From an uncultured Oscillospiraceae bacterium (GTDB lineage Bacteria > Bacillota > Clostridia > Oscillospirales > Ruminococcaceae), in assembly GCA_964370045.1 (NCBI GenBank), contig CAYJGZ010000006.1, positions 26,946 to 90,945 of the forward strand: a stretch of DNA of 64,000 nt, read 5' to 3'. This document shows, in pieces, positions 45,204 through 53,584 of this stretch. Position numbers and translations under genes: made by a program. The notes under the pieces were generated by a model. That model saw nothing but the letters and a program-made list of their open reading frames with translations, did no database searches and was not told where the DNA came from. Within the stretch, counting starts at the first letter, position 1. Every line of letters begins with the position of its first letter.

Positions 45204-45356
45204 ATGAATACATCACAAAACACATCGGTGGGTAGCGGCGTTGAGTTCGAGCGCATACGCAGAATCACGGGCTATCTTGTGGGCACAATGGACAAGTGGA
45301 ACGACGCAAAGAAAGTGGAAGAAAAGGACCGCATCAAGCATGAGCTTCAGCGCTGA
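45204..45356 (+). CDS. 50-aa ORF encoding the NrdD-type glycyl-radical segment
   Basis: Not in the ORF track (<60 aa). ATG 45204 lies behind AAAGAGAGG. Reads MNTSQNTSVGSGVEFERIRRITGYLVGTMDKWNDAKKVEEKDRIKHELQR, matching the canonical NrdD C-terminus (RRxTGYL...N.AK..E...R.KH). Confidence 0.6.
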   Translation: MNTSQNTSVGSGVEFERIRRITGYLVGTMDKWNDAKKVEEKDRIKHELQR

Positions 45357-45897
45357 TAGCCTTTCGGGCGAGGCGCTCGCCGCCACGATAATACTGGCGG
45401 AGGGTGGCTTTGTGGGCGACTCCATAGTGGACGGGCCGGGCCTGCGCTGTACTGTGTTTGTGCAGGGCTGTCCCCACCACTGCCCCGGCTGTCACAACCC
45501 AGCCACCCACCCTTTTGAGGGCGGCGTTTCCACCACGGTGGGTGAGCTTGTGCAAATGATAAAGCGCTACCCCCTATGCCGTGGGGTAACGCTTTCGGGT
45601 GGCGAGCCGTTTTCGCAGGCCGCACCGCTTACGCTACTTGCACAGCTGTTGCGTGCGGAGGGATACGAGGTGGCGGCGTACAGCGGCTATACTTTTGAGC
45701 AGCTGCATGTTGGTAGCGAGCAACAAAAGGCACTTTTGGCACAGCTGAATATTTTGGTGGACGGCAGATACATAAGCGCCCAAAGAAATTTGACACTGCG
45801 CTTTAGGGGCAGTACCAACCAGCGGATTTTGGATGTACCCAAGAGCCTTTCGTGCAAAGCCGCACACATCACCGAGCAGGAACGCTGGGTGGGGTAG
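45340..45897 (+). CDS. nrdG: Anaerobic ribonucleotide reductase activating protein (radical SAM)
   Basis: ORF 45241..45897. VDGPGLRCTVFVQGCPHHCPGCHNP radical-SAM cluster motif. The start is uncertain: ATG 45340 overlaps the small ORF, and GTG 45412 behind GGAGGG is equally or more plausible. Confidence 0.85.
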   Translation: MSFSADSLSGEALAATIILAEGGFVGDSIVDGPGLRCTVFVQGCPHHCPGCHNPATHPFEGGVSTTVGELVQMIKRYPLCRGVTLSGGEPFSQAAPLTLLAQLLRAEGYEVAAYSGYTFEQLHVGSEQQKALLAQLNILVDGRYISAQRNLTLRFRGSTNQRILDVPKSLSCKAAHITEQERWVG

Positions 45898-45949
45898 CGC
45901 AGATTTACAGCACATAATTTTGCCAAAAATAATGCACCGCAACAAAGCC

Positions 45950-46001
45950 AAAAGCACCGAAGGTACGCCGTGTTTCAAGCGGATACCCTCGGTGCTTTTT
46001 T
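45950..46001 (+). terminator. Intrinsic terminator after nrdG
   Basis: Stem gcaccgaagg / ccctcggtgc (one mismatch) followed by T6. Confidence 0.6.
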
Positions 46002-46075
46002 GCTTTTTAATGGTGTGAAAACCACCTATGCGGTAATAGATAGTATCCACACTATCTACATAGCCTCAACACTAT

Positions 46076-46585
46076 CTAATCCTTTTCCAGCGCCCAAGAC
46101 TGAATCTTGTCGCTCGCCACAATCCACTCGCCCGTAATCATCCATTTGCCGTTTACCCGCTCCACAAGGCACTCGCACATGTTCATGTGGTTGTCCTCAC
46201 ACAGCTTTTTGCCGGTGGGGCCGTCCTTCATGTTGGGGCCCGTCATGGTGACGTTGCGGGAGGTGATTTGAATAAACTTAAACGTGTTATCGTCCACCTT
46301 GTGTGCCATGAAGTCCAAGAACAAAATTTCAAGGTCAGGTGAAGCGTTCAAGCACCAGATGGTAGCGTTTACCTCGTCCTCCACGCCCACAAGGTCTCCT
46401 GCGGAGTGGTGAACCACTATGTCCTCGGGGTAGCAGTCGTATATTGCACCCAGCATCTTATAGTCGTGGATATACAGCGTGTAGGCGATAAAAAACTCCT
46501 TAACATCCTCCTCGGTGTTCAGCTCGGCACGCTCCACAATCTCTTTATAACGAAGAAACTCTTCGTGTGTTCTCGTTTTAGCCAC
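46076..46585 (-). CDS. SnoaL-like / ester cyclase (NTF2-fold) family protein, copy c
   Basis: 169 aa, GTG start behind AAAGAGGTG. ...GPTGKKL...NGKWMITGEW... pattern typical of SnoaL-like cyclases. Identical to copy b apart from residue 4 and one extra C-terminal residue. Confidence 0.7.
   Translation of the reverse strand: MAKTRTHEEFLRYKEIVERAELNTEEDVKEFFIAYTLYIHDYKMLGAIYDCYPEDIVVHHSAGDLVGVEDEVNATIWCLNASPDLEILFLDFMAHKVDDNTFKFIQITSRNVTMTGPNMKDGPTGKKLCEDNHMNMCECLVERVNGKWMITGEWIVASDKIQSWALEKD
46082..46575. repeat. 494-bp repeat, unit 1 (identical by eye to 46733-47226)
   Basis: Line-by-line comparison shows no mismatch. Identity begins one codon inside the stop codon and ends 4 codons inside the start codon, and the flanks are unrelated. 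Confidence 0.85.
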
Positions 46586-46729
46586 AGATGCACCTCTTTT
46601 CTCATGTTTTCAGCTTTTAGTGGAAAATAAAACCATTCGCTAATAGAAAAACAGCACTGCCCATAATTATGGCATATAAGAGCACATCGCAATGTGGGTC
46701 AGTGCTAAAATTTCAGCGCAAAACAAGCT

Positions 46730-47236
46730 CTACTTTTCCAGCGCCCAAGACTGAATCTTGTCGCTCGCCACAATCCACTCGCCCGTAATCATCCATTTGC
46801 CGTTTACCCGCTCCACAAGGCACTCGCACATGTTCATGTGGTTGTCCTCACACAGCTTTTTGCCGGTGGGGCCGTCCTTCATGTTGGGGCCCGTCATGGT
46901 GACGTTGCGGGAGGTGATTTGAATAAACTTAAACGTGTTATCGTCCACCTTGTGTGCCATGAAGTCCAAGAACAAAATTTCAAGGTCAGGTGAAGCGTTC
47001 AAGCACCAGATGGTAGCGTTTACCTCGTCCTCCACGCCCACAAGGTCTCCTGCGGAGTGGTGAACCACTATGTCCTCGGGGTAGCAGTCGTATATTGCAC
47101 CCAGCATCTTATAGTCGTGGATATACAGCGTGTAGGCGATAAAAAACTCCTTAACATCCTCCTCGGTGTTCAGCTCGGCACGCTCCACAATCTCTTTATA
47201 ACGAAGAAACTCTTCGTGTGTTCTCGCCTTAGCCAT
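46730..47236 (-). CDS. SnoaL-like / ester cyclase (NTF2-fold) family protein, copy b
   Basis: 168 aa. ATG behind GAGGAGG, abutting the stop of the upstream paralog. Has its own hairpin + T-run terminator at ~46640-46705. Confidence 0.7.
   Translation of the reverse strand: MAKARTHEEFLRYKEIVERAELNTEEDVKEFFIAYTLYIHDYKMLGAIYDCYPEDIVVHHSAGDLVGVEDEVNATIWCLNASPDLEILFLDFMAHKVDDNTFKFIQITSRNVTMTGPNMKDGPTGKKLCEDNHMNMCECLVERVNGKWMITGEWIVASDKIQSWALEK
46733..47226. repeat. 494-bp repeat, unit 2
   Basis: See unit 1; the offset is 651 bp. Confidence 0.85.
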
Positions 47237-47238
47237 TA

Positions 47239-47832
47239 CTATGCCTCCTCATTGAGTTCTTGCTTTAACTCTTGCATAGATACCTGCTGTGGCTCTTGTG
47301 GTGTCTTTTGGTTTTCACGTATCAATTTTTCAACGGCGAAGTTGCTGCGGATGGTGTATTCAATGGCAACTTTCCAGCGGCCGTCCAGCTTGCGGAACAC
47401 AAACAGCGACTCGCCTGCGCAGTTGGACTCGTCTATTTTCTTGTATGTAGGTGCGCCGTATATGCTGGGGCCGTCGTTTGTGCCCGTGCAGTAGTAGCGC
47501 TGATATGCCTTAAACTCGCTCTCGAAATCACCCGAGGCAAATGTTTCCACGATGTTTATGCTGAAATCGGTAAACGCCGAAATCCAGCTAAGTGCTTCTT
47601 TCGTGACATCCTCTTTGTTTGTTATTTTGCGTCCGTCCGCTGTTTTGTAAACAATATTGTCCGCATAGTACTCATAAATCAGGCCAACCATCTTATAATC
47701 GAAAATGAGTTTTGTAAGCGCACGGGCGTACTCTACCGCCTCGTCTCTGTCCTTCACCTGGGAGTAGCGCTCTAGCATTTGCTCATAAACCGCACGGTCC
47801 TGTACAATTTTTGCCGACTTGTCCATTTTCAA
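47239..47832 (-). CDS. SnoaL-like (NTF2-fold) family protein, divergent paralog a
   Basis: 197 aa, with the same fold signature as copies b and c (IFDYKMVGLIYEYY..., ...DGRWKVAIEYTIRSN) but low identity. C-terminal charged tail. Confidence 0.6.
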   Translation of the reverse strand: MKMDKSAKIVQDRAVYEQMLERYSQVKDRDEAVEYARALTKLIFDYKMVGLIYEYYADNIVYKTADGRKITNKEDVTKEALSWISAFTDFSINIVETFASGDFESEFKAYQRYYCTGTNDGPSIYGAPTYKKIDESNCAGESLFVFRKLDGRWKVAIEYTIRSNFAVEKLIRENQKTPQEPQQVSMQELKQELNEEA

Positions 47833-47932
47833 CCTCCGATAATTTTAATGAGATACCATATATTTCTAAAGACCACATTATGCACCCTCTGTGCACAAAG
47901 CGAGCACAAGAAAACAAGTACTTTTACGCTAT

Positions 47933-49135
47933 TTAACCATCACCATCGTCGCCATCGTCGTCGTCACCGCCATCATCACCGTCGTCATCGCCATCATCGT
48001 CGTCATCGTCATTGACCGGTACCACGGTGGGTGCAGGCGTTGTGGGAGCAGGAGCTGCAGGGGCGGGCGTTGCCGTGGCCGTGGCCGCAGGAGCAGGAGT
48101 TGTGGTCGCCACAATCACATCTTCACCGCCACCCTCATTTCCTGTGGGCGCATCATCACCGTCGTCACCTGTATTTGCAGGTGTTGCAGGGGCATCATCC
48201 TCATCGTCACCATCATCTGTATTTGTGGGTGCTCTGCCACCCGTGGCCACACTGCTCACATCACTATCGTCCTCATCATCGGATGTATCGCTGTCGTCCG
48301 CATCATTGGAGGTGTCGCTGTCGTCCGCATCATCGGGGGTGTCGCTGTCGTCTTTATCGTCCTCATCCGTGCGCTCGGACAGTACCGCTATTTCTCCGGC
48401 CAAATCCATGCCACTTTGCTGTGTGATTTCGCTGAGTAAAGCGTCGTTATCCTGAATGTGCTCAAGCACAAAGTTTGGCACATCCTCGGGGGAGATGCTC
48501 GCTTGCTCCACTATAGGCGGCGCATCATCCTGCGCTGTGGTAATAAGCACACTCTGCCCCGCAGTGAGCGAAACAAGCTGCTCTTCTCCCGTGGCATTAT
48601 CTGTGTAGGTAATGTCCACCTTGCCTGTGAGCAGGGTATAGCGAGAGGTGTGCTCATCTATGTTTTGAATATATCCCGAAGTTCCTCGGATGCTTGTAAC
48701 AGCATTGGAGGTGCGAATTTCAAACAGCTCATTTTCCGCAAGCGGTGCGGTAACCTCAAAAAACAAGTCCCCTGCCAGCAAATCCACCTGCAACTGCTCG
48801 CCGTTCTCTGTCAGCGTGCAGCTGGAGGAAGCATCCAGCTTTACCGACTTTTCATCGTCCAAGCTGATAAATGCGGCGCTATCTGTCTTTGTTTCAAGCG
48901 AGTTTCCGCTAAAAAGCCGCATTCCCTGTGTGATGTCCAGCGTCTTTTCCTCATCATCTGTCAGTGTGACACTGCCCTGCGTTTGCACAAGGCGCATGGT
49001 GGTAGCCACCGCCCCTGCGGAACTTCCCAGTATAAAACCAAGTATGGCAATTCCCACAGCAAGGCCTATCAGCACATATATATGCTTTACCATCCATTTT
49101 TTTGCCATATCCAAAAATTCTTTAGTGCTGCTCAC
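47933..49135 (-). CDS. FecR-domain membrane protein with ~150-aa poly-acidic C-terminal tail
   Basis: ORF 47933..49213. The likely start is GTG 49135, 6 nt after AAGGAGA (ATG 49141 or 49108 also possible). One TM helix, then a FecR-like beta region (VQTQGSVTLTDDEEKTLDITQGMRLFSGNSLETKTDSAAFISLDDEKSVKLDASS...). The tail is rich in D/S/T/P and ends DDDDDDGDDDGDDGGDDDDGDDGDG. Confidence 0.7.
   Translation of the reverse strand: MSSTKEFLDMAKKWMVKHIYVLIGLAVGIAILGFILGSSAGAVATTMRLVQTQGSVTLTDDEEKTLDITQGMRLFSGNSLETKTDSAAFISLDDEKSVKLDASSSCTLTENGEQLQVDLLAGDLFFEVTAPLAENELFEIRTSNAVTSIRGTSGYIQNIDEHTSRYTLLTGKVDITYTDNATGEEQLVSLTAGQSVLITTAQDDAPPIVEQASISPEDVPNFVLEHIQDNDALLSEITQQSGMDLAGEIAVLSERTDEDDKDDSDTPDDADDSDTSNDADDSDTSDDEDDSDVSSVATGGRAPTNTDDGDDEDDAPATPANTGDDGDDAPTGNEGGGEDVIVATTTPAPAATATATPAPAAPAPTTPAPTVVPVNDDDDDDGDDDGDDGGDDDDGDDGDG
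48285..48353 (-). repeat. In-frame 27-bp tandem repeat (~2.5 units) within the acidic tail
   Basis: GT[AG]TCGCTGTCGTCCGCATCAT[TC]GG[AG]G units encoding DADDSDT(S/P)x nonapeptides. Confidence 0.7.
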
Positions 49136-49497
49136 AAACATTCTCCTTAAATAGGTGCCCAAAATTAAAAACCACGAAAAACAGCGAAACAAAATGCGCT
49201 CCTTTTGGCGCAAAATGACACAAATAAATGTGCCAAATATGCCCTCATACCACCAACCAGTATGACACCTTTAATATAAAAAGTAAATAGTGCTACCGAT
49301 TGTTTTCATGCTTAAAAGTGACGAAATTTTAGATGCAAAATTGGTTGTTTTTCAGGGTGTATACGCATCACCGTTCGACACCCTCCCAAAGCATATTTAT
49401 GGGTATGACTTTGTGGCGTTTTACTCACACTTTTCGTTTTGAACAAAAAAAGAAAGCACAAAGCTTTTACACAAAGCCTTGTGCCCCCATATCGCTT

Positions 49498-50436
49498 TTA
49501 TTCGTCCTCCTGCATGCCTTCAACCACCATGGCGTCCACCTGCTGTGCCGTCAGCTGCTGAGTGCTGCCCGTTCTTATATTTTGCAGGCTCAGCGTGCCG
49601 CCCTGTGTGTCCTCTATCAGCTCAAAGTTTCCTGCCGTGTATGTTCTTACACCGTTTTGCTCCTCGTAAAGAGTGGGCATCTCGGGGTAGCTGTCCGCCC
49701 TATCCGCAATTATTCCCTCGCTGTCCGCCTTAGCTCTGCCCGTAACGGACAAAACAAGCGTGCGAATATACGTTTCTTCACCATTTGGATAGCTCATAAA
49801 CGCCGCAACATCCCCATCCTCAAGCTCCCAAAACAAAATATCCTTCGCATAAACCTCCTGGCCGTTCAGCTCTATCTGCGCACCCTCCTCAAACACAATC
49901 ACCTGCCGCTCGTTTGTGCTTAAATCAAACCCAAAAAAGGTTTTAACCTCCCCCGTGTTCTCCTGCCGTGCATAAAACATGTGATTCTTCAGCGGCCTTG
50001 TGAGCGTAGCGCTGTGAATATCCCGCAAAAAATATGTGTACGCATCCGAGGTGGGGTTGTATATTCCCACATCGGTGGGCACAGGCCCCTCGTGTTCCTC
50101 GGTCGCGCCGCCGTCATACAGCGCAATAAGGTATATGCCCTCGGCGTTTGCGCCTGCGATGTTCACAACATCCTGCAAAAGCAGCTCGTATGTCTCGCCG
50201 TCCGAGTAAAAAAGCTTTTGCCTGTATATAAAGTACATGTCCTCCTCGCTGTACAATACACCCCCCACATCCTGCTGCTGTGTTACGGCAGCAGGCAAAA
50301 GCGTGTAGCTTTCGTAGTCAAAAGGCACAATCTCCTCGGGCTGTAGCGGCGTGACTAACGAGTCTCCCCCACCACACCCTGCGAGCGTGACACACACAAG
50401 TGTGAACGTCAAAATCAGCGCAGTAATCCTCTTCAT
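49498..50436 (-). CDS. Hypothetical lipoprotein
   Basis: 312 aa. MKRITALILTFTLVCVTLAGCGG signal peptide plus lipobox. GGGGAG Shine-Dalgarno. No motif recognised. Confidence 0.7.
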   Translation of the reverse strand: MKRITALILTFTLVCVTLAGCGGGDSLVTPLQPEEIVPFDYESYTLLPAAVTQQQDVGGVLYSEEDMYFIYRQKLFYSDGETYELLLQDVVNIAGANAEGIYLIALYDGGATEEHEGPVPTDVGIYNPTSDAYTYFLRDIHSATLTRPLKNHMFYARQENTGEVKTFFGFDLSTNERQVIVFEEGAQIELNGQEVYAKDILFWELEDGDVAAFMSYPNGEETYIRTLVLSVTGRAKADSEGIIADRADSYPEMPTLYEEQNGVRTYTAGNFELIEDTQGGTLSLQNIRTGSTQQLTAQQVDAMVVEGMQEDE

Positions 50437-50655
50437 ATATAAAGTTCTCCCCTCGGTTTGGGCTTTGTTCTTTTTTCATTGCATACTGTAGAGTATAGCA
50501 AAAAATCACCCCGCTTGCCAGTTTTCACACTCAAAAGGTATGCACAAAAGCAATTATTTGGCTTTTTGGCATACCCTCCCCCGCCTTTTTATTAACCCGA
50601 CACTTCCACACACAGCCAAAACCCCCAACACCTTGGGCAGGCATTGGGGGTTTTT

Positions 50656-50816
50656 GATAGTGTCGTCATGAGCCCGAACGAGCAGATTTTGAGCAATTTT
50701 TTCGTCAGACAAGGAGAAAAAACGATGCACTCCTTTGTGGAATGCGAGTTTTGACAACGCCGTATGGCGGAAAAATTGCCAAAATCGGCCGGCTGAACAC
50801 TCGTGACGACACTATC
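50656..50816 (+). mobile_element. MITE-like repeat family B, copy B2 (161 bp)
   Basis: Perfect 13-bp terminal inverted repeats GATAGTGTCGTCA (50656-50668) / TGACGACACTATC (50804-50816). The interior matches the reverse complement of 16441-16601. Confidence 0.65.
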
Positions 50817-50856
50817 TGGGGGAGAATACGGAAAATGTTCATTTCATCAAGCGACG

Positions 50857-51024
50857 TTAGTGCTTATTTTTATGGCTTGAGCAAGCATCCTTTGTGGCCT
50901 GGTCACACTCGCCGCCACACCCGTGGCATCCGCCGCCGCTCTTCTTTTTGCGCACCATGTTCCACACAGCAAGGCACACGAGTGCAATAAATACCACCAG
51001 CACTATAATTGATGCAGCATTCAT
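50857..51024 (-). CDS. FeoB-associated Cys-rich membrane protein
   Basis: ORF 50857..51066. Start at ATG 51024 (MNAASIIVLVVFIALVCLAVWNMVRKKKSGGGCHGCGGEC...). One TM helix plus a CxxCxxxC tail. Located downstream of feoB, as is usual for this family. Confidence 0.7.
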   Translation of the reverse strand: MNAASIIVLVVFIALVCLAVWNMVRKKKSGGGCHGCGGECDQATKDACSSHKNKH

Positions 51025-51172
51025 TTTTCGAGCACCTCTCTTTCGCAGCCTTTGTAATTTATGCACAGTGCAATTTTAAGCGACCGTTTTATTCACCGAG
51101 TGGCGCACAGCTCCTGTTGTCCTATGCAGTGCGCCACTCCAATGTTTGCTTGTAGATGATTTTACCAAAACT

Positions 51173-53308
51173 CTACTTGCTAATTTTTGGTGTAGGACGG
51201 AACAGCAGGAATATAAACCCTATCAGCACGATAAACGCCGCCACCGTACCTGCGCCGAAGCTTCCGCCGAGGAACAGGCTGCCGAACTGGTACACCATGA
51301 GCGAAATGCAATAAGCGTAAACAACCTGGTAGCAAATCGCAAATGCTGTCCACTTTCCGCTGTTCATCTGCTTGCGCATAGCGCCCATCGCCGCAAAGCA
51401 GGGGGGGTTCACCATGTTGAACAAAAGGAAGGAAAGGCCTGCCGCCATGTTGGGGATAAGCGTCTGCAGGTGTCCCCACAGCGCCGATGTGTCGTCCAGT
51501 ATAGCGTCGGTGGCCTCTGCGGAGAGGTTTGCCACAATAGCCATGGTGGCAACGAGGTTTTCCTTTGCCACAAAGCCGGCGATGACGCCCACAACGGCCT
51601 CCCAGTTACCAAAGCCGAGCGGAGCAAACAGCACTGCGATAGCACTGCCCAAGGATGCCATAAGGCTGTTGTTGATGTCGTCCACAAGGCCGAAGCTGCC
51701 GTCCGTGAAACCAAGGCTAAGCAGCAGCCACATTGCGATGCTGGACAGGAAGATGATAGTGCCTGCTTTCACGAAGAAGCTTGCCACACGCTCCCACACC
51801 TGCATGAACACCGTCTTAAAGGTGGGCAGGTGATACTGCGGAAGCTCCATAACGAAGGGAGCGGGGTCGCCCGCAAAGAGCTTTGTTTTCTTAAGTATAA
51901 TGCCCGAGATGATAACAGAGCCAACACCCGCAAAGTACACAACGGGAGAAACCCACCAACCATCGTTCAAAAGTGCGCCACCGATAAGTGCGATGATGGG
52001 CAGCTTTGCGCCGCAGGGAATGAACGAGGTGGTCATGGAGGTCATGCGACGGTCTTTCTCGTTTTCGATAGTCTTTGTGGCCATGATTCCCGGAACTGCA
52101 CAGCCGGAGGAAATGAGCATGGGGATAAAGCTCTTGCCCGAAAGACCGAACTTACGGAAGATGCGGTCCATGATAAACGCAACACGAGCCATGTAGCCGA
52201 TACCCTCAAGGAAGGAGAGCATTATGTACAAGATTGCCATCTGCGGCAAAAAGCCCAAAACGCCACCGACGCCCGCAATAGCTCCGTCCACAATAAGGCC
52301 TATCAGCCACTCGGGTGCTGCAATACCCTCAAGGAAAGAGGTGGCAGCAGGCATAATCCACTCGCCCACAAACACATCGTTTGTCCAGCCTGTTACGGTG
52401 TCACCTATCGTCATGATGGCGATGTAGTAAACGGCGGTCATCACAAGCGCAAATATGGGAAGCGCCAGCCAACGGTTTGTCACAATACGGTCAATTTTGT
52501 CCGAGCGTGTCATGGTGCGGGGCTTTTTAGTTACGCAAGCGGCGATTATGCCGGTGATTTGCGCATAGCGCTCGCTTGTTACAATGCCCTCCGCATCGTC
52601 GTCCATCTCCGCTTCAAGCGGCTTTATCAGCTCCTCAATCTCCGCAATAAGCGCAGGCGAGAGCGACAGCTCTTTTTGCACCAGCTCATCCCGCTCAAAC
52701 AGCTTTATGCTGTACCAGCGCAGGCGCTTTTCGGATACCTTTTCCGCAATTTTGCCCGCAATTCCTGCAAGCGCCGCCTCAAGGCTTTCGGAAAATGTAA
52801 TGTACTTGGGTGCTGTGCCCGCATCAGCCAGCTGTGCTGTAAGCTTTGCGGCTTCCATTGTGCCCTTACCCCTCAGTGCGCTTATCTCCACTACAGCGCA
52901 TCCAATGCTCTCACTCAGCTTTTTTACGTTTATTTTATCGCCGTTCTTTTGCAAAAGGTCTGTCATGTTCAGCGCAAGCACCATGGGCAGGCCAAGCTCC
53001 AAAAGCTGGGTTGTCAAAAACAGGTTGCGCTCGATGTTTGTGCTGTCCACAAGGTTTAGGATAGAGCCTGCCTCGCCCGAAAGCAAAAAGTCTCGGCTGA
53101 CAACCTCCTCCGGGGTGTAGGGCGACAACGAGTATATGCCGGGCAGGTCAACTACACTCACCTGCTTGTCGCCTCGCAGCTTGCCCTCCTTTTTTTCCAC
53201 CGTAACGCCCGGCCAGTTGCCCACATACTGTGTTGCACCCGTCAGGTTATTAAATATAGTAGTTTTGCCGCTATTGGGGTTACCCGCCAATGTAATTACC
53301 TTACTCAT
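51173..53308 (-). CDS. feoB: Ferrous iron transporter FeoB
   Basis: ORF 51173..53365. Start at ATG 53308 (MSKVITLAGNPNSGKTTIFNNLTG...) behind GAGGAG. N-terminal G-domain plus polytopic permease. Confidence 0.95.
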   Translation of the reverse strand: MSKVITLAGNPNSGKTTIFNNLTGATQYVGNWPGVTVEKKEGKLRGDKQVSVVDLPGIYSLSPYTPEEVVSRDFLLSGEAGSILNLVDSTNIERNLFLTTQLLELGLPMVLALNMTDLLQKNGDKINVKKLSESIGCAVVEISALRGKGTMEAAKLTAQLADAGTAPKYITFSESLEAALAGIAGKIAEKVSEKRLRWYSIKLFERDELVQKELSLSPALIAEIEELIKPLEAEMDDDAEGIVTSERYAQITGIIAACVTKKPRTMTRSDKIDRIVTNRWLALPIFALVMTAVYYIAIMTIGDTVTGWTNDVFVGEWIMPAATSFLEGIAAPEWLIGLIVDGAIAGVGGVLGFLPQMAILYIMLSFLEGIGYMARVAFIMDRIFRKFGLSGKSFIPMLISSGCAVPGIMATKTIENEKDRRMTSMTTSFIPCGAKLPIIALIGGALLNDGWWVSPVVYFAGVGSVIISGIILKKTKLFAGDPAPFVMELPQYHLPTFKTVFMQVWERVASFFVKAGTIIFLSSIAMWLLLSLGFTDGSFGLVDDINNSLMASLGSAIAVLFAPLGFGNWEAVVGVIAGFVAKENLVATMAIVANLSAEATDAILDDTSALWGHLQTLIPNMAAGLSFLLFNMVNPPCFAAMGAMRKQMNSGKWTAFAICYQVVYAYCISLMVYQFGSLFLGGSFGAGTVAAFIVLIGFIFLLFRPTPKISK

Positions 53309-53384
53309 GAAACATCTCCTCATAAAATACTGTTTTGCATAAAGTTCTTGTTGTTTTTTTTGCAAGCTAATGCGCAGTCGTCAA

Positions 53385-53412
53385 TTAGTTTGTGCTAATT
53401 AGTTTTCGCTAA
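53385..53412. promoter_or_regulatory. Two abutting TTAGT-N4-GCTAA palindromes (candidate operator)
   Basis: TTAGTTTGTGCTAA (53385-53398) and TTAGTTTTCGCTAA (53399-53412), in the 276-nt feoA-feoB spacer. Confidence 0.35.
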
Positions 53413-53518
53413 CCACTCGGCGCATCCGCCTGAAAATGAACATGCTGTTATGACACTGCCATTTCATTCGCCACTCTTGCTGCGCGCTACACATTCTCAT
53501 AAAAAAGCAAGGTGCGTA

Positions 53519-53532
53519 TTAGCTTTCGCTAA
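53519..53532. promoter_or_regulatory. TTAGC-N4-GCTAA palindrome (candidate operator)
   Basis: TTAGCTTTCGCTAA, embedded in the loop of a ggtgcgt/acgcacc stem. Confidence 0.35.
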
Positions 53533-53584
53533 CAAGCCGACGCACCCCTGCGCACTTTTAGCTTGCGGCACACTACGGCATCAC

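Noticed and set aside
47935-48240. GAY-rich triplet repeats and the many overlapping ORFs on both strands (47891..48439, 48012..48455, 48031..48426, 47929..48114)
   Set aside because: All are frame variants of the same low-complexity DNA that encodes the acidic tail of the FecR-like protein. Only the minus-strand frame continues into a real domain.
51098-51140. 11-bp-stem hairpin between feoB and the Cys-rich tail gene, as a terminator
   Set aside because: No T-run follows on either strand. It may be an mRNA processing or stability element, but there is insufficient evidence to annotate it.
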